This document shows, piece by piece, positions 63,303-64,000 of a stretch of DNA of 64,000 nt. This stretch comes from an uncultured delta proteobacterium (lineage in GTDB: Bacteria; Myxococcota; Myxococcia; SLRQ01). The position numbers and the translations under genes are program-made. A model generated the notes under the pieces. The model made no database searches. It had not been told where the DNA came from and was given only the letters and a program-made list of their open reading frames with translations. The DNA is taken from the NCBI GenBank assembly GCA_963727485.1, contig CAVSGM010000003.1, forward strand, positions 32,001 to 96,000, read 5' to 3'. Each line of letters begins with the position of its first letter. Position 1 is the stretch's first letter.

Positions 63303-64000
63303 CAGATGACACCCTCGTGGGCGAGGTAGCGCTCGGCGTCGAGGGCGGCCATGCACCCGGTGCCCGCGGCGGTCACCGCCTGGCGGTAGACGAAGTCCGC
63401 GGCGTCGCCGGCGACGAAGACCCCGGGGACGCTGGTCTTGGTGGTCCCCGGCTCCACCAGGCGGATGTAGCCGTTCTCGTGGAGGTCCACCTGGCCCTTG
63501 AACACGTCGGTGTTGGGCTTGTGGCCGATGGCGATGAACAGGCCCTTGACCTCGAGGTCCTGGTGGTCGCCGGTGACCGTGTCCTGGAGGGTCAGCTTGG
63601 TGACGCCCTCCTCCTTGGTGCCGTGGACCTCGCTGACGACCGAGTTCCACACGAACTCGATCTTGGGGTCCTTCTGGGCCCGCTGCTGCATGAACTTGGA
63701 GGCCCGCAGCTCGTCGCGGCGGTGGAGCACGTAGACCTTGCTGGCGAACTTGGTGAGGAAGGTGGCCTCCTCCATGGCGGTGTCGCCGCCGCCGACCACG
63801 GCGATGGGCACGTCGCGGAAGAAGAAGCCGTCGCAGGTGGCGCAGGCGCTCACCCCGTAGCCCCGCAGGGCCTGCTCGCTCTCGAGGTTCAGCCACCTCG
63901 CAGAGGCGCCGGTGGCGAGGATCACCGACTGGGCCTGGATCTCCTGGCCGTCGTCGACCACCAGGGTGAACGGCGGGCCCTGGGAGAGGTCGACCCGGGT
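63302..64000 (-). CDS. trxB: Thioredoxin-disulfide reductase (5' end outside the window)
   Basis: [42 protein letters not shown]. Confidence 0.96.
   Translation of the reverse strand, partial: TRVDLSQGPPFTLVVDDGQEIQAQSVILATGASARWLNLESEQALRGYGVSACATCDGFFFRDVPIAVVGGGDTAMEEATFLTKFASKVYVLHRRDELRASKFMQQRAQKDPKIEFVWNSVVSEVHGTKEEGVTKLTLQDTVTGDHQDLEVKGLFIAIGHKPNTDVFKGQVDLHENGYIRLVEPGTTKTSVPGVFVAGDAADFVYRQAVTAAGTGCMAALDAERYLAHEGVI

Overview
GC-rich bacterial chromosomal segment, most likely Myxococcota (inferred from a MYXO-CTERM-like tail, a TIGR02266-like PilZ protein, a STAUR_1299-like protein, a Hanks kinase with PEGA-like domains and many Cys-rich lipoproteins). It holds about 48 CDS; I found no rRNA, tRNA, CRISPR array or recognisable transposase/integrase. 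Housekeeping genes (hemE, hemG, glgP, dapD, dapE, glpK, radA, kup, moaC, trxB) are interleaved with envelope and signalling genes. The best candidates for undescribed systems are: (1) a two-gene unit at 27.3-31.2 kb that, once two compensating 1-nt indels are repaired, encodes one adenylate cyclase + CHAT (caspase-like) protease + TM + CsgG/FlgO-like receptor, coupled to a secreted partner carrying the same CsgG-like domain plus TPR-like helices; (2) a 13-kb tandem array of four ~1,070-1,090-aa lipoproteins built from Ig-like repeats and a MIDAS vWA head; (3) four Cys-rich lipoproteins shuffled from extracellular-matrix-like modules. About 14 single-base frameshifts in 11 genes look like long-read errors, and four of them are insertions within GATC, hinting at GATC methylation. 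About 11 genes have a TAnnnT box 6-9 nt before the start codon, suggesting leaderless mRNAs. Family assignments come from motif recognition only; no database search was run.
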